This document shows, piece after piece, positions 25,945 to 39,392 of a stretch of DNA of 64,000 nt. Numbering within the stretch: position 1 is the first letter of the stretch; the number at the start of each line of letters is the position of its first letter. The notes below the pieces were generated by a model that did no database searches, was not told the origin of the DNA, and was given only the letters and a program-made list of their open reading frames with translations. The stretch comes from Nitrospinales bacterium (GTDB lineage: Bacteria > Nitrospinota > Nitrospinia > Nitrospinales > VA-1), in assembly GCA_965223795.1 (NCBI GenBank), contig CBDCXL010000002.1, positions 608,001-672,000 of the forward strand, given 5' to 3'. The position numbers and the translations under genes were made by a program.

Positions 25945-28098
25945 ATGAGCCTGAACTTTCTGTCTCCCATTTTTCTGTACGGCCTGCTGGGCCTGTCGAT
26001 TCCCGTTCTGATCCACCTGCTGACGAAACGGCAGCAGAAGAAGGTGCGGTTTTCGGCGGTGTACCTGCTGTTTCAATCGCAGAAGCGCTCGATCAAGCGG
26101 TCCGCGCCCAACCGGCTCTTCCTGCTTTTCATCCGCTGCCTGGCCATCGCCCTGCTCAGCCTGGCGCTGGCGAACCCCATCTTTTCGTTCAGCGGACCGG
26201 GGGCGGATTTTCCGTCGGAACCCTCGGCGACGGTGATCGTGCTCGACGACAGCTACAGCATGGCGGCGCAGGCCGATGAGAGCACGCTGTACGCGGAAGC
26301 GGCCGCGGCGCTGGAATCGCACCTGGAAGAAATTCCCGCGGACAGCAAGTACTGCCTGCTGCTGGCGTCGTCGCCGCCCCGGCTGCTGGAGAACTGGTCG
26401 TCGGACCCGGACGCGGGCATGCGCAAACTGAAAGCGTCGCAGGTGTCCTTCGCGACGACTGAGATCGGTCCCGCCCTCAAGCAGGCTGCGGATCTGCTCG
26501 ACCCGATGGCGGAGAAGAAAAAACGCATCCTGCTTCTGACCGACCGCGACCGCAACGGCTGGGATCCGGAAACCTTTCCCGACAGCGCGGAGCGGGCGTT
26601 GTATCCGGTGCGGGTGGTGGATTTTTCCAGCCTGCAGAGCTCACCCAACCGGGCGGCGGTGGAATCGGTGGAGGTGCGGCAGGAGTTTCTCACCAACAGC
26701 CGGGTGCTGCGGGTGAAAACGGGCGTCCTGAACCTGGCCGCGGACGGCTCGACGGCCCGGCTTGAGGTTTCGCTGTTGACCGGCGACAAGAACGTGAGCG
26801 AAGCCAAGGTTGAGGTGCTGGACCGGGTGGAGCAGGAATTTTCGTATCCGCTGCCGGGGAGCGATCCGGTTCCCGGCCGCATCGAAATCTCCGAGGACGG
26901 CCTGCTGGTGGACAACGTGCGGCATTTCTCCTACCAGCCCGACCAGAAAATCAAAGTGCTGGTGGTGGACGGCGACCCCAAGACGGTGGCGCACCAGAGC
27001 GAGTCGTTTTACCTGGAACGGGCGCTCAACCCGTTTTCCACCACGCTCTCCAACATCGAGCCGACAGTGTCCACGCCGGAAGAGCTGGCGGTGCGCAACC
27101 TGTTCGATTACTCGGTGCTCATCTTCTCCAACGTGGATGAGCTGCCGTTCGACTACATCCTCAACCTGGAAAAATACGTGATGGCGGGGGGCGCGCTGTT
27201 CGTGGCGCTGGGGGACCAGGTCGATCCGAAATACTACAACGAAAAGCTGGGCAACCTTCTGCCCGTCAAACTGAAAGCGCTGCAGCAGGTGGGACGTGAG
27301 AACGAACCGTTCCGGCTGAAATTCGCCAACACCGACCATCCGGTGCTCAGGATTTTCAAGGACAAGACGCTGGAAGAGATGAAAGGCATCCGCTTTCATT
27401 CGCTGTTCAGCGTCGAGTTGAAACCGGAACGCAAGGTCCGTGTGGCGATGCGCTTTCGCAACGAGGCGCCCGCCCTCATCGAGTCGGATCTGGGCAAGGG
27501 GAAGGTGATTCTGTTCGCCTCCAGCCTCGACCGGGACTGGAACGATTTTCCCATTCAACCGACGTTCCTGCCCTGGATCCAGCGGTGGGTCAAGTATTCG
27601 GCGCGCGGCCTAGAAAGCATCTTAAGGCAGGACCTTGTGGTGGGCGAGGTGTTCGCGCCGGCGTTCGAGGTGGAGGAGGCGCGCTATTTCGTGACGACGC
27701 CGGGTGGCCGCACCGCGGAGCTGTTCAAAACCGAGGCGGGCCTGTCCTTCTCGGAAACGCACCGGCCGGGGGTGTACGTGCTGCATCGGGTGCCGCTGGA
27801 AAAAGCGCGTGCCGCCGAAGACGAAAACACCGCCTTTAAAATCGTGTCCAGCCTGCCGGAGAACGCCGAGCCGGTGGGCGCGTTCACCGTCAACATCGAC
27901 ACCGCCGAATCGGCTCCGGGAAAAATTTCGGATGCGGAAATCCGCACGCTTCTGGGGGAGGCCCCGGTGGAGTTTTTCTCGGGCGAGGATTTTCGCGCCC
28001 CTTCCGGCACATCGGAGGGATTCCCCCTGACCACACCGTTTTTCCTGGGGGTGGCGGGCCTGTTTCTGCTCGAAGGCTGGATCCTGCGAAAAGAATGA
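25945..28098 (+). CDS. BatA N-terminal + VWA domain membrane protein
   Basis: FLSPIFLYGL...PVLIHLL (BatA), VLDDSYSM (MIDAS), LLTD, GATase-like GGALF, C-terminal TM ending in EGWILRK. Confidence 0.9.
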   Translation: MSLNFLSPIFLYGLLGLSIPVLIHLLTKRQQKKVRFSAVYLLFQSQKRSIKRSAPNRLFLLFIRCLAIALLSLALANPIFSFSGPGADFPSEPSATVIVLDDSYSMAAQADESTLYAEAAAALESHLEEIPADSKYCLLLASSPPRLLENWSSDPDAGMRKLKASQVSFATTEIGPALKQAADLLDPMAEKKKRILLLTDRDRNGWDPETFPDSAERALYPVRVVDFSSLQSSPNRAAVESVEVRQEFLTNSRVLRVKTGVLNLAADGSTARLEVSLLTGDKNVSEAKVEVLDRVEQEFSYPLPGSDPVPGRIEISEDGLLVDNVRHFSYQPDQKIKVLVVDGDPKTVAHQSESFYLERALNPFSTTLSNIEPTVSTPEELAVRNLFDYSVLIFSNVDELPFDYILNLEKYVMAGGALFVALGDQVDPKYYNEKLGNLLPVKLKALQQVGRENEPFRLKFANTDHPVLRIFKDKTLEEMKGIRFHSLFSVELKPERKVRVAMRFRNEAPALIESDLGKGKVILFASSLDRDWNDFPIQPTFLPWIQRWVKYSARGLESILRQDLVVGEVFAPAFEVEEARYFVTTPGGRTAELFKTEAGLSFSETHRPGVYVLHRVPLEKARAAEDENTAFKIVSSLPENAEPVGAFTVNIDTAESAPGKISDAEIRTLLGEAPVEFFSGEDFRAPSGTSEGFPLTTPFFLGVAGLFLLEGWILRKE

Positions 28099-28352
28099 AA
28101 CCGCCGGGAATTCCGCCGCGACCGCCCTCCCCGCCCGCGGACGCGAGCCTCCGCCATTTCGGATCGATCGATCCGATTCACTATTTGGTTTATACTGCCA
28201 CCATTTTTATATACAATTTCATATAAAATCGCGCTCCGGCATGCACAGCGGCAACCGCGGACCGTTTGACGGCGGAGTCCTGTGGGCGGCGGCGGAATTC
28301 CCTTGCCCGAACTGGCACACGTGATGAATGACTTTAACGCGGCGGTATCCTG

Positions 28353-30861
<2,509 letters not shown>

Positions 30862-30872
<11 letters not shown>

Positions 30873-31995
30873 GGGGCTTCGTGGCAAGCAGATCCTGATC
30901 GTCGACGACACCCCCGCCAACATCGACGTGCTCGACCAGTTCCTCGAACAGGAGGGCTACCGCATCTCGGTGGCTTCCAGCGGCGAGGCGGCGCTGAAGC
31001 TGATCAAAAAGACGCTGCCGGACCTCATTTTACTGGATGTGATGATGCCGGGCATCGACGGGTTCGAGACCTGCCGCAGGCTGAAGAAGCTGGACGCGGC
31101 GGCGGAGATCCCGGTGATCTTTATCACCGCCAAGAACGAAACCGCGGACATCGTCAAAGGCTTCACGCTGGGCGGCGTCGATTACATCACCAAACCGTTC
31201 CGGCAGGAGGAGGTGTCCGCGCGCATCCGCATTCATCTCAAGCTCAAGCACCTCATCGAAGAGCTGGAACGGAAGAACAAAAAGCTCATCGAACTCAACG
31301 ATCTCAAGATCAAGTTTCTGGGGATGGCGTCGCACGACCTGAGAAATCCGCTGGCTTCGATCCAGGGGTTTTCGAAAATGCTGATCGATCATGGCAGTGA
31401 GCTTCCCGAAGAAACGCGCAACGAGTTTCTGCATTCCATCCACAAGGTGAGCAACGAGATGCTGCACCTGCTGGGCGACCTGCTCAATATCTCGGTCATC
31501 GAGAGCGGCCGGCTGGAACTCAAGCCCACGCCGGGGTCGATCAAGGCGCTGGTGGAAGAAAAAGTCCGCATGTATAAAACCGTGGCGGAGCGCAAGAACA
31601 TCGGCACGCACACCGAGATCGAGGACGTGGCGGAATTTTCCTTCGACCCGCACCGCATCGGCCAGGTGCTGGACAACCTGCTGACCAACGCCATCAAGTA
31701 TTCGCCGCCGGGCAAGCAGATCTACATCCTGCTGGAGCAGAACGGCGATAGCGTCCGCTTCAGCGTGCGCGACGAAGGACCGGGGATTTCCATGGAAGAC
31801 CGGGACAAGCTGTTCAAGCACTTCGGCAAGCTCGACACCAAGCCGACGGGAGACGAGCCGAGCCACGGGCTGGGCCTCGCCATCGCGCGCAAGATGATCG
31901 AGGCGCACCACGGCAAGATCGAGGTGGAAAGCACGCCCGGCAAGGGCTCGACCTTCCGGTTTGAAATTCCGATGGGGAATGCGGGGACGGGGTGA
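30862..31995 (+). CDS. Receiver + histidine kinase hybrid protein
   Basis: ILIVDD, LLDVMMP, ASHDLRNP, NAIKYS, DEGPG, GLGL; overlaps the upstream kinase gene. Confidence 0.95.
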
Positions 31996-32009
31996 AAAGC
32001 TAAAGACGG

Positions 32010-32070
32010 TCTCGCGCAAAGCCGCGAAGACGCAAAGAAAAGCGAAAACTTAATACAGGATGACAGGATG
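32010..32070. repeat. REP-like repeats (families B and C) at the left edge of the AT-rich insert
   Basis: TCTCGCGCAAAGCCGCGAAGACGCAAAG and ACAGGATGACAGGATG; both motifs recur at 37516-37613. Confidence 0.6.
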
Positions 32071-32138
32071 AAATTCAGGAAAGCCTAATGATCCAGGTGA
32101 ATCGAATATAAACTTATTCCCTACTTGGAAGGGTTGAA

Positions 32139-32722
32139 ATGAATTTAAAAGTAAAACTTCTTACTTTTCTTATCACTTTTAGCATCAGTATTTCAATTCA
32201 AGTAAGTCAAGTGAATGCTCAGGGTGTTTCCCGCGAAGATATTTTAAAATACGATCATGTTTCAATATATTACACACATCCTGACATCATTACTCATCCG
32301 CTAATCACGATGTTGAATATTGAAGATCAGAGTCTCCATGAACTAGTTATTGGCAATGAAGAGCAAATTAAAATAATCAGAACTATTCTTAACAAGTCTT
32401 TAGCTGATTATGAAAAATCCAATGTAAATCTCAGGATAATTAATAAATCCAGTATTTTTTAAAAGTTGTTTTTCATAAAGATATTTCATTAAAAGAAATT
32501 TGGTATATAGACAGAAAGGGAAATTTTTTATGGGAAAAAGACAAAGAAATGTTCGGAAAAAATGAAAAAATTACCAATGATATGAAGGGTAAAGAAAAAA
32601 TATCGCTTGCGATTACTCTTGAAGGCAAATTACCTAAAATACTCTTGGATGAATTAACTCAACAATGCGAACAAATGAGCGATATTGTGGATTTCAAATA
32701 TCTAAGAAATAAAATTTATTAA
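32139..32722 (+). pseudogene. AT-rich exported-protein gene split by a 1-nt frameshift in a T6A4 run
   Basis: Signal peptide MNLKVK...VNA; frame stops at 32462; the -1 frame is open from 32447 to TAA 32720-32722, which overlaps the TerC ATG. Confidence 0.65.
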
Positions 32723-33507
32723 TGATCGAATTATTCAGCCAACCGGAAGCGTGGGCTGCCCTCATTGCCTTGTCGGCAATGGAAATTGTCCTGGGCATCG
32801 ACAATCTGATTTTCATCACCATCGTGACCAACCGATTGCCCGAATCGGAACGGCCGCTTGCGCGCCGCATCGGGTTTGGCCTGGCGCTTGGATTTCGCAT
32901 TCTACTCCTGTTCACCATTGTCTGGCTCGCCGGGCTCACGGCCACGGTCTTCGACCTCGGGTGGAGCGGTCCGGTTGACGACCACGGCGAGCCGAGTTTT
33001 GAAACCGCTTTTTCGTGGCGGGATTTGATCTTGATCGCGGGTGGCATTTTTCTGGTCTGGAAAGCGACCACTGAAATCCATCACAAAGTGGACCCCACGC
33101 CGGCTTCGACCGTATTTGATGAAAAGAAGGCGAGCGCCTCTTTTTCGGCGGTGATCGTTCAAATCATTCTGCTCGACCTTGTTTTCTCGATCGACAGTAT
33201 TTTAACCGCCGTGGGAATGACGGATGAGATTCCGATCATGGTGATCGCGGTGGTGATCGCCGTTGCGCTGATGTACGTGGCCGCCGGGCCGTTATCGCGC
33301 TTCGTCAACAAAAACCCCACGGTGGTGATGCTGGCGCTCGCGTTTCTTTTGATGATCGGCATGGTGCTGATCGCGGACGGTTTTGGCCGGCATGTGCCCA
33401 AAGGCTATATCTATGCGGCAATGGCATTTTCGGTCTTTGTCGAATTTCTGAATTTACTCGCGCGCAAAAAAAGACGCGCAGCCCAACCCCCAAAGACACA
33501 AGCTTGA
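32722..33507 (+). CDS. TerC-family membrane protein
   Basis: [37 protein letters not shown]. Confidence 0.95.
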   Translation: MIELFSQPEAWAALIALSAMEIVLGIDNLIFITIVTNRLPESERPLARRIGFGLALGFRILLLFTIVWLAGLTATVFDLGWSGPVDDHGEPSFETAFSWRDLILIAGGIFLVWKATTEIHHKVDPTPASTVFDEKKASASFSAVIVQIILLDLVFSIDSILTAVGMTDEIPIMVIAVVIAVALMYVAAGPLSRFVNKNPTVVMLALAFLLMIGMVLIADGFGRHVPKGYIYAAMAFSVFVEFLNLLARKKRRAAQPPKTQA

Positions 33508-33523
33508 ACATGCATATCTCTCC

Positions 33524-33778
33524 ATGAACTTCACTGATTTGCTCGGCTATGTGGCCGGGGGCCTCACGACCGCCGCATTCGTGCCTCAGGTGGTCAAGAC
33601 CTGGAAAACCAAATCGGCCGGGGACATTTCGCTGGGCATGTTTCTGATCTTCTTTTGCGGCGTCTCCTGCTGGCTGTTGTACGGGATCGCCCTCCGCTCC
33701 ACGCCGATCGTCCTCGCCAACCTCGCCACGCTGCTGCTGGCGGGCACGATTCTTTTCATGAAAATCCGATACAAGTGA
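33524..33778 (+). CDS. SemiSWEET (PQ-loop) transporter
   Basis: LTTAAFVPQVVKTWKTKSAGDISL...WLLYG...PIVLAN; three TM helices. Confidence 0.95.
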   Translation: MNFTDLLGYVAGGLTTAAFVPQVVKTWKTKSAGDISLGMFLIFFCGVSCWLLYGIALRSTPIVLANLATLLLAGTILFMKIRYK

Positions 33779-33790
33779 AGACGTTTCCAT

Positions 33791-33823
33791 AAAAAAAGGC
33801 GGACTGCCTTGCGGCGGCCCGCC
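33791..33823 (-). terminator. Intrinsic terminator
   Basis: Minus strand GGCGGGCCGCC-GCAA-GGCAGTCCGCC followed by T7. Confidence 0.75.
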
Positions 33824-33963
33824 CGATGATGATGGGTGGTTTTGATTCACTCGACCGGTTTTGAAGGGTGTTTGGTTTAATATTCACGGCAGCCGGGTCT
33901 ATCCCTGACCCGGCCGCATCCTTCCCTGCAAACGTCCATTGTTACTGTGAACGCCGCTTCGCT

Positions 33964-34287
33964 TTACTTCATTTTGAAGCGTTTTTCACGTTCCTTTTGA
34001 AAATCCGCGGAGGCTTCTTCCCTGCTGATATCCACGGTATTGCCTTTCCCTTTGAGTTCGCTCATGGATTGTTTGAGCTTGTCTCTGCAGGAATCGATCT
34101 TCTGCTCATTTTCAGCAGACTCGACACAGCTTTCAAATTTGTCCAGGGAAGAGCGCGTGTCCCGGACATCTGCCAAAGTATCGCTTTTCAGTTTCTGGAT
34201 ACCTTTTTCAGATCCTTCCTGGTCCATGGCATGAGCCGCTCCCTGGATCAGGAAAAACATCATCGAAGCAAGAATCAGTTTTTTCAT
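33964..34287 (-). CDS. Small exported hypothetical protein
   Basis: MKKLILASMMFFLIQGAAHA signal peptide; one Cys pair. Confidence 0.75.
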   Translation of the reverse strand: MKKLILASMMFFLIQGAAHAMDQEGSEKGIQKLKSDTLADVRDTRSSLDKFESCVESAENEQKIDSCRDKLKQSMSELKGKGNTVDISREEASADFQKEREKRFKMK

Positions 34288-34492
34288 TTTTATCACCTTG
34301 TTTAAACCCTTCGGGATAACAAACCGGACGGGAGCAAACAACTCCATCCCCATGAAAGCTGCTTGCAGCCATTCACCATTGGCCACCACATCATCGTATT
34401 GAGTGTTATTGTTCGACTGCGCTGGATCGTTTGCGCCGTGCTCCTGGAATGCCACGAATTCTCAGCTTGAGAGCACATGCGTGCCGGAATTG

Positions 34493-35164
34493 TTACCCCG
34501 CCATCCGGACCATTTCATCTCCGGATTTATTGCGCAAACGATCCATGAAAGGAGTCTGGAAATTCTGATTCACGAAATCCCATTGGATCCGCCGGCAGAT
34601 GCGGGTCAGGTACTCCTTGTCCTGGTTCTGGAAATCCAGGTAAAAGGCGTGTTCCCACATGTCGACCGCCAGCAGCGGGTGTAAATTCTGGGATAACGGA
34701 TTGTCGCCGTCGTGCGTGTTGAGGATGAACAGGGCGTTGTGTTTGTCTTTCACAAGCCAGGTCCAGCCTGAACCAAACGTGGAACTTGCCGTGTCGATGA
34801 GTTCTTGAAGGAACGCATCTTTATTTCCAAATTCGGCTTTGAGCGCCTTGGCAAGCCCCGGAGGAACCGGGACGTCCTCGACCGGCGACAGGCATTCCCA
34901 GTAAAACGCATGATTCCAGGCCTGAGCCGCCAGGTTGTAGATGTCTCCATCGAAGTTCTGGATGATTTCTTCCAGGCCTTGACAGTTTGAATCTGTATTC
35001 GGTTTTTGGCCGCCGTTCAGGGGATCGATTTTTTCAAGCTCTTCGTTGAGCTTGTCGACATAGCTTTTATGGTGGCCATGGTAGTGAATGTGAACCGTTC
35101 TTTCTGACAGCGCGGGCTTCAACTCATTTTCTTTAAACGGCAAGGGTTGCTGTTCAATTCTCAT
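34493..35164 (-). CDS. sodB: Fe/Mn superoxide dismutase, Fe-type signature
   Basis: HYHGHH, NLAAQAWNH, FGSGWTWL, DMWEHAFY; start ATG 35164 (GTG 35218 is an alternative). Confidence 0.9.
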   Translation of the reverse strand: MRIEQQPLPFKENELKPALSERTVHIHYHGHHKSYVDKLNEELEKIDPLNGGQKPNTDSNCQGLEEIIQNFDGDIYNLAAQAWNHAFYWECLSPVEDVPVPPGLAKALKAEFGNKDAFLQELIDTASSTFGSGWTWLVKDKHNALFILNTHDGDNPLSQNLHPLLAVDMWEHAFYLDFQNQDKEYLTRICRRIQWDFVNQNFQTPFMDRLRNKSGDEMVRMAG

Positions 35165-35294
35165 GTAAGGGGTCTCCAGTTCATGGGCTGTAAAGTCCAA
35201 CGCAGAATTTGCCTTCACTCTGTTCGATTCAAACCATGAGCGCAGTGGTGCCTGAGAAACGTGCGCTGCCCGTTAAATCGATTTCACTGAATAG

Positions 35295-35310
35295 TGCAAG
35301 TAGCGTTCCA
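35295..35310 (-). promoter_or_regulatory. sigma54 promoter upstream of sod
   Basis: Minus strand TGGAAC-GCTAC-TTGCA (GG-N10-GC). Confidence 0.6.
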
Positions 35311-35548
35311 CGTTGCAAGACATCTCGAACCGTTTATTAAACAAAGACGTTTTGAATTGAGCCCAACGCGGAAATTTGCAAAGCTGGTTGCTCTCAACCC
35401 TCATCCGGTGGATTTGGATTCCGGGTTTCATTGAACAGATCACTTTGCTTTGTGACGTTGCGGATGAATCGATTCTGGAAGGCGGGTTTTTACAATCAAG
35501 GGAGGAACCGCTCTTACAAGAAAGGAAGACTGGCAGGGAAAAAGAAAT

Positions 35549-35581
35549 AAAAAAAGGCGGACCGCCTTTCGGCGGCCCGCC
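35549..35581 (-). terminator. Intrinsic terminator of the cytochrome c operon
   Basis: Minus strand GGCGGGCCGCC-GAAA-GGCGGTCCGCC followed by T7. Confidence 0.85.
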
Positions 35582-35602
35582 AGGGCTGGGGAGGTGGCAG
35601 CC

Positions 35603-36037
35603 CTATTTAACGAAACTGCTCTGGATGTATTTGACGACATCCCAGATCTCGTCGTCCTTCAGAGTTTTGCCGTGTGCCACCATGCCGGTTCCCGAAGAGC
35701 CGTTCTTGATGATGTGAAACATCTGGCCGGGGGAAACGCCTTTCATGCTTTCGGCGCAGGTGAAGTTGCGCGGCTTGGGTTTCAGGGCCGCGCCCAGTTT
35801 CCCGGTGCCGTCACCCTTGTCGCCGTGGCACATCTTGCAAGCCATCGGTTTGGCGGTCTTCGTGTAGATGAGCTTTCCCTTTTCTGCATCTGCACTTCCC
35901 GTTTTATCGAGCTTGGCCACGCTTGCCGGAGCGGATTTGGTTTTCCTGGGCTGGGGACATTGCCCACCGGCGTACGCGGAGCTTGCGACAAACAGGGTGA
36001 AGACCGCCAAAATCGTGAATGCCATTGTTTTTTTCAT
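35603..36037 (-). CDS. Periplasmic monoheme cytochrome c
   Basis: Signal peptide, CKMCH, distal Met in GTGMVAH; AGGAGG SD. Confidence 0.95.
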   Translation of the reverse strand: MKKTMAFTILAVFTLFVASSAYAGGQCPQPRKTKSAPASVAKLDKTGSADAEKGKLIYTKTAKPMACKMCHGDKGDGTGKLGAALKPKPRNFTCAESMKGVSPGQMFHIIKNGSSGTGMVAHGKTLKDDEIWDVVKYIQSSFVK

Positions 36038-36080
36038 GGAACTCCCTCCTCGTTAGGTTAGAAACGATTTGAATTGCGCC

Positions 36081-36896
36081 TCACTTTTTAGCCAATTCAA
36101 AGTCAGCCGTGGTGTCCTTGCCACCGGCCACGGTGATCTCCTGGGTCACTTCGCCCACATACGGATGCCAGGCCGTCACTTTGTACTTGCCGGCAGGGAT
36201 CTGGTCGATCTTGAACGATCCGTCTTTCCCGCTGACGGCGTAGTACGGGTTCCACACTACACGCGCGTCGGCTTCCATGAAGTTGTGCTGGTCGCACTGC
36301 AGAAAGAAATGTTTGTCTTTCTTTTTCTTCATGCGCTTGAAGGACTTGGTGACGTCCGCCACATCCCCCTTGCTGGGAAGGGGTTTGTTGAACAGGGTCT
36401 TCCTGTTCGCGCCCGCCACCGAGTAGCCGTGCGGGTTGTGCAGGATGTCCGGGTCCTGATTGGTGATCGTGACCAGGCCTTCCTTCATGCCCTTGGGCGT
36501 TTTCCGGACGATCGACACCTTGGGAAAGATGTCGCAATCTTTAAAATCGAAATTGACCGCTTCGGCGGACCAGGCTTTGCCCTTGGTGATGTCCTCGATG
36601 AAGATCACCGTGTCCCGGAGCTTGCCGTCGGTCACCACCACTTTCTGGCGGGGACGCATGTTGCCGTCCTTGGTGTCCGGATGCTGAGAGCAGAACTCCA
36701 CGTTCTTGCCCTTGCTGAGATCTTCCATGATCGGAGCCGGGGGTTCTCCTTTGAAACTGATGGTTCCAAGGATGGAACCCCCATCTTCCACGGCTCCTTC
36801 TTCGTATTTCGCTTTTTTCGCGAATGCGCTCGATGCCATGACAAGGGAAACCGCTGCAACAAATGTGAGTGTGAGTGTTTTTTTCATGGTCATCAC
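36081..36896 (-). CDS. Periplasmic protein with a cupredoxin-like motif and a carboxypeptidase-regulatory-like domain
   Basis: Signal peptide; ILHN and CDQHNFM; DGSFKIDQIPAGKYKVTAWHP. Confidence 0.85.
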   Translation of the reverse strand: MMTMKKTLTLTFVAAVSLVMASSAFAKKAKYEEGAVEDGGSILGTISFKGEPPAPIMEDLSKGKNVEFCSQHPDTKDGNMRPRQKVVVTDGKLRDTVIFIEDITKGKAWSAEAVNFDFKDCDIFPKVSIVRKTPKGMKEGLVTITNQDPDILHNPHGYSVAGANRKTLFNKPLPSKGDVADVTKSFKRMKKKKDKHFFLQCDQHNFMEADARVVWNPYYAVSGKDGSFKIDQIPAGKYKVTAWHPYVGEVTQEITVAGGKDTTADFELAKK

Positions 36897-36933
36897 CCCT
36901 TTCTATTGGCTTGTGTGAGGCCGAAGTTCCTCT

Positions 36934-37158
36934 TTACTTATCCGGCAGCACACCGTAATCGAACCAGTAATCGTCGTCCATGCCGGCCCATTCGCTGGGG
37001 GAAGGCCCCCGCTTGCCCTTGCGGGTCGAAACCTGAGGCCGGATGTCCTTGCCGATGCTGTTGAAGTAGTTGTCCCAGAAACGCTTGCTGGACTCTTTGC
37101 TCTTGATGACTTTCGTGAGTTTTCCTTTACCGTTGTAGATCCTCACCTCTTCAAACAT
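36934..37158 (-). CDS. Small hypothetical protein
   Basis: AAGGAGG SD before ATG 37158; MFEEVRIYNGKG... Confidence 0.75.
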   Translation of the reverse strand: MFEEVRIYNGKGKLTKVIKSKESSKRFWDNYFNSIGKDIRPQVSTRKGKRGPSPSEWAGMDDDYWFDYGVLPDK

Positions 37159-37310
37159 AACCGCCTCCTTCTCCCCTTGCGGGAACGTCGCTTTGACTTT
37201 GGCCGCACGATCGAAACGGTATTTCTTTTTGTGTCCTGTCCTTGACACGTTTTCCTGAAGTTATGTTTCAGGGCCCGTTGCTTCGATCCATGGGCGTCTA
37301 CCGGATATAG

Positions 37311-37326
37311 AGCAAGCGCCGTGCCG
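37311..37326 (-). promoter_or_regulatory. sigma54 promoter of the three-gene operon
   Basis: Minus strand CGGCACGGCGCTTGCT, close to TGGCAC-N5-TTGCW. Confidence 0.8.
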
Positions 37327-37415
37327 CCGGATTCACGTCCCCCGCCAAAACGGAGAAACCCCATATATATCAATATTTTTATGCATATTTGTTGATAAAC
37401 TCGATTTAAGGAAAT

Positions 37416-37471
37416 GTCTCAACACAGAGGGGAAATCCACCATATTGAGACAAAACGTCCCAAATTGAGAC
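37416..37471. promoter_or_regulatory. Candidate enhancer-binding-protein sites
   Basis: Three imperfect GTCTCA-N3-TGAGAC sites at 37416, 37437 and 37457 (20-21 bp spacing). Confidence 0.55.
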
Positions 37472-37515
37472 TGCCAGTTTGGGATTTTGGTGAGGAACTT
37501 TGAATGGAAAATCGG

Positions 37516-37613
37516 GACAGGATTTACAGGATAAAAGCAGACTCGCGCCAGGACGCAAAGACGCAAAGTGAAATATATAAACAAGAGAGGTGGCTTCGCG
37601 TCTTTGCGCGAGA
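37516..37613. repeat. REP-like repeats (families B and C)
   Basis: GACAGGATTTACAGGAT, then CTCGCGCCAGGACGCAAAG...CTTCGCGTCTTTGCGCGAG as an inverted pair. Confidence 0.65.
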
Positions 37614-37628
37614 CTTCCTTTTCCGTTG

Positions 37629-39047
<1,419 letters not shown>

Positions 39048-39392
39048 CGTTTTCGCTTCTGTTCTGGTTAATATAAGGATCGGTTCTCTAGCCGTGAAAT
39101 CCGGCATGGGACCCGGGCCCCGGCCGCCTGGATACGGGGGCGGTTGTCCCTTCGCAACGGGCGGAAACTGGGCTTTCGGCACACCCGTTTCATTTTAGCA
39201 GGGTTTTCCCGCCGCTTCTTTTTAGTTTAACAATAACCCATTAAAAATCAATCAATTAGAAACTTGCCAGCAGAGGGTGCCAGACCCCATATTATTGACA
39301 AGCCTGTTACCCGGACGTAACACTTCCGTAACGGCTGTTTTATATATTAGGATGTCACTGTAACCCCTTCCATTCTCGGCTGGAACGCGATC

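Noticed and set aside
28313..28328. Possible sigma54 promoter TGGCAC-N5-ATGAA upstream of the CHASE kinase
   Set aside because: The -12 GC is missing.
32455..32462. Programmed -1 frameshift at TTTTTTA
   Set aside because: The heptamer is not in the X_XXY_YYZ register of the upstream frame; an indel is the simpler explanation.
34472..34486. sigma54-like motif upstream of the small exported protein
   Set aside because: GG-GC spacing is 9 nt instead of the required 10.
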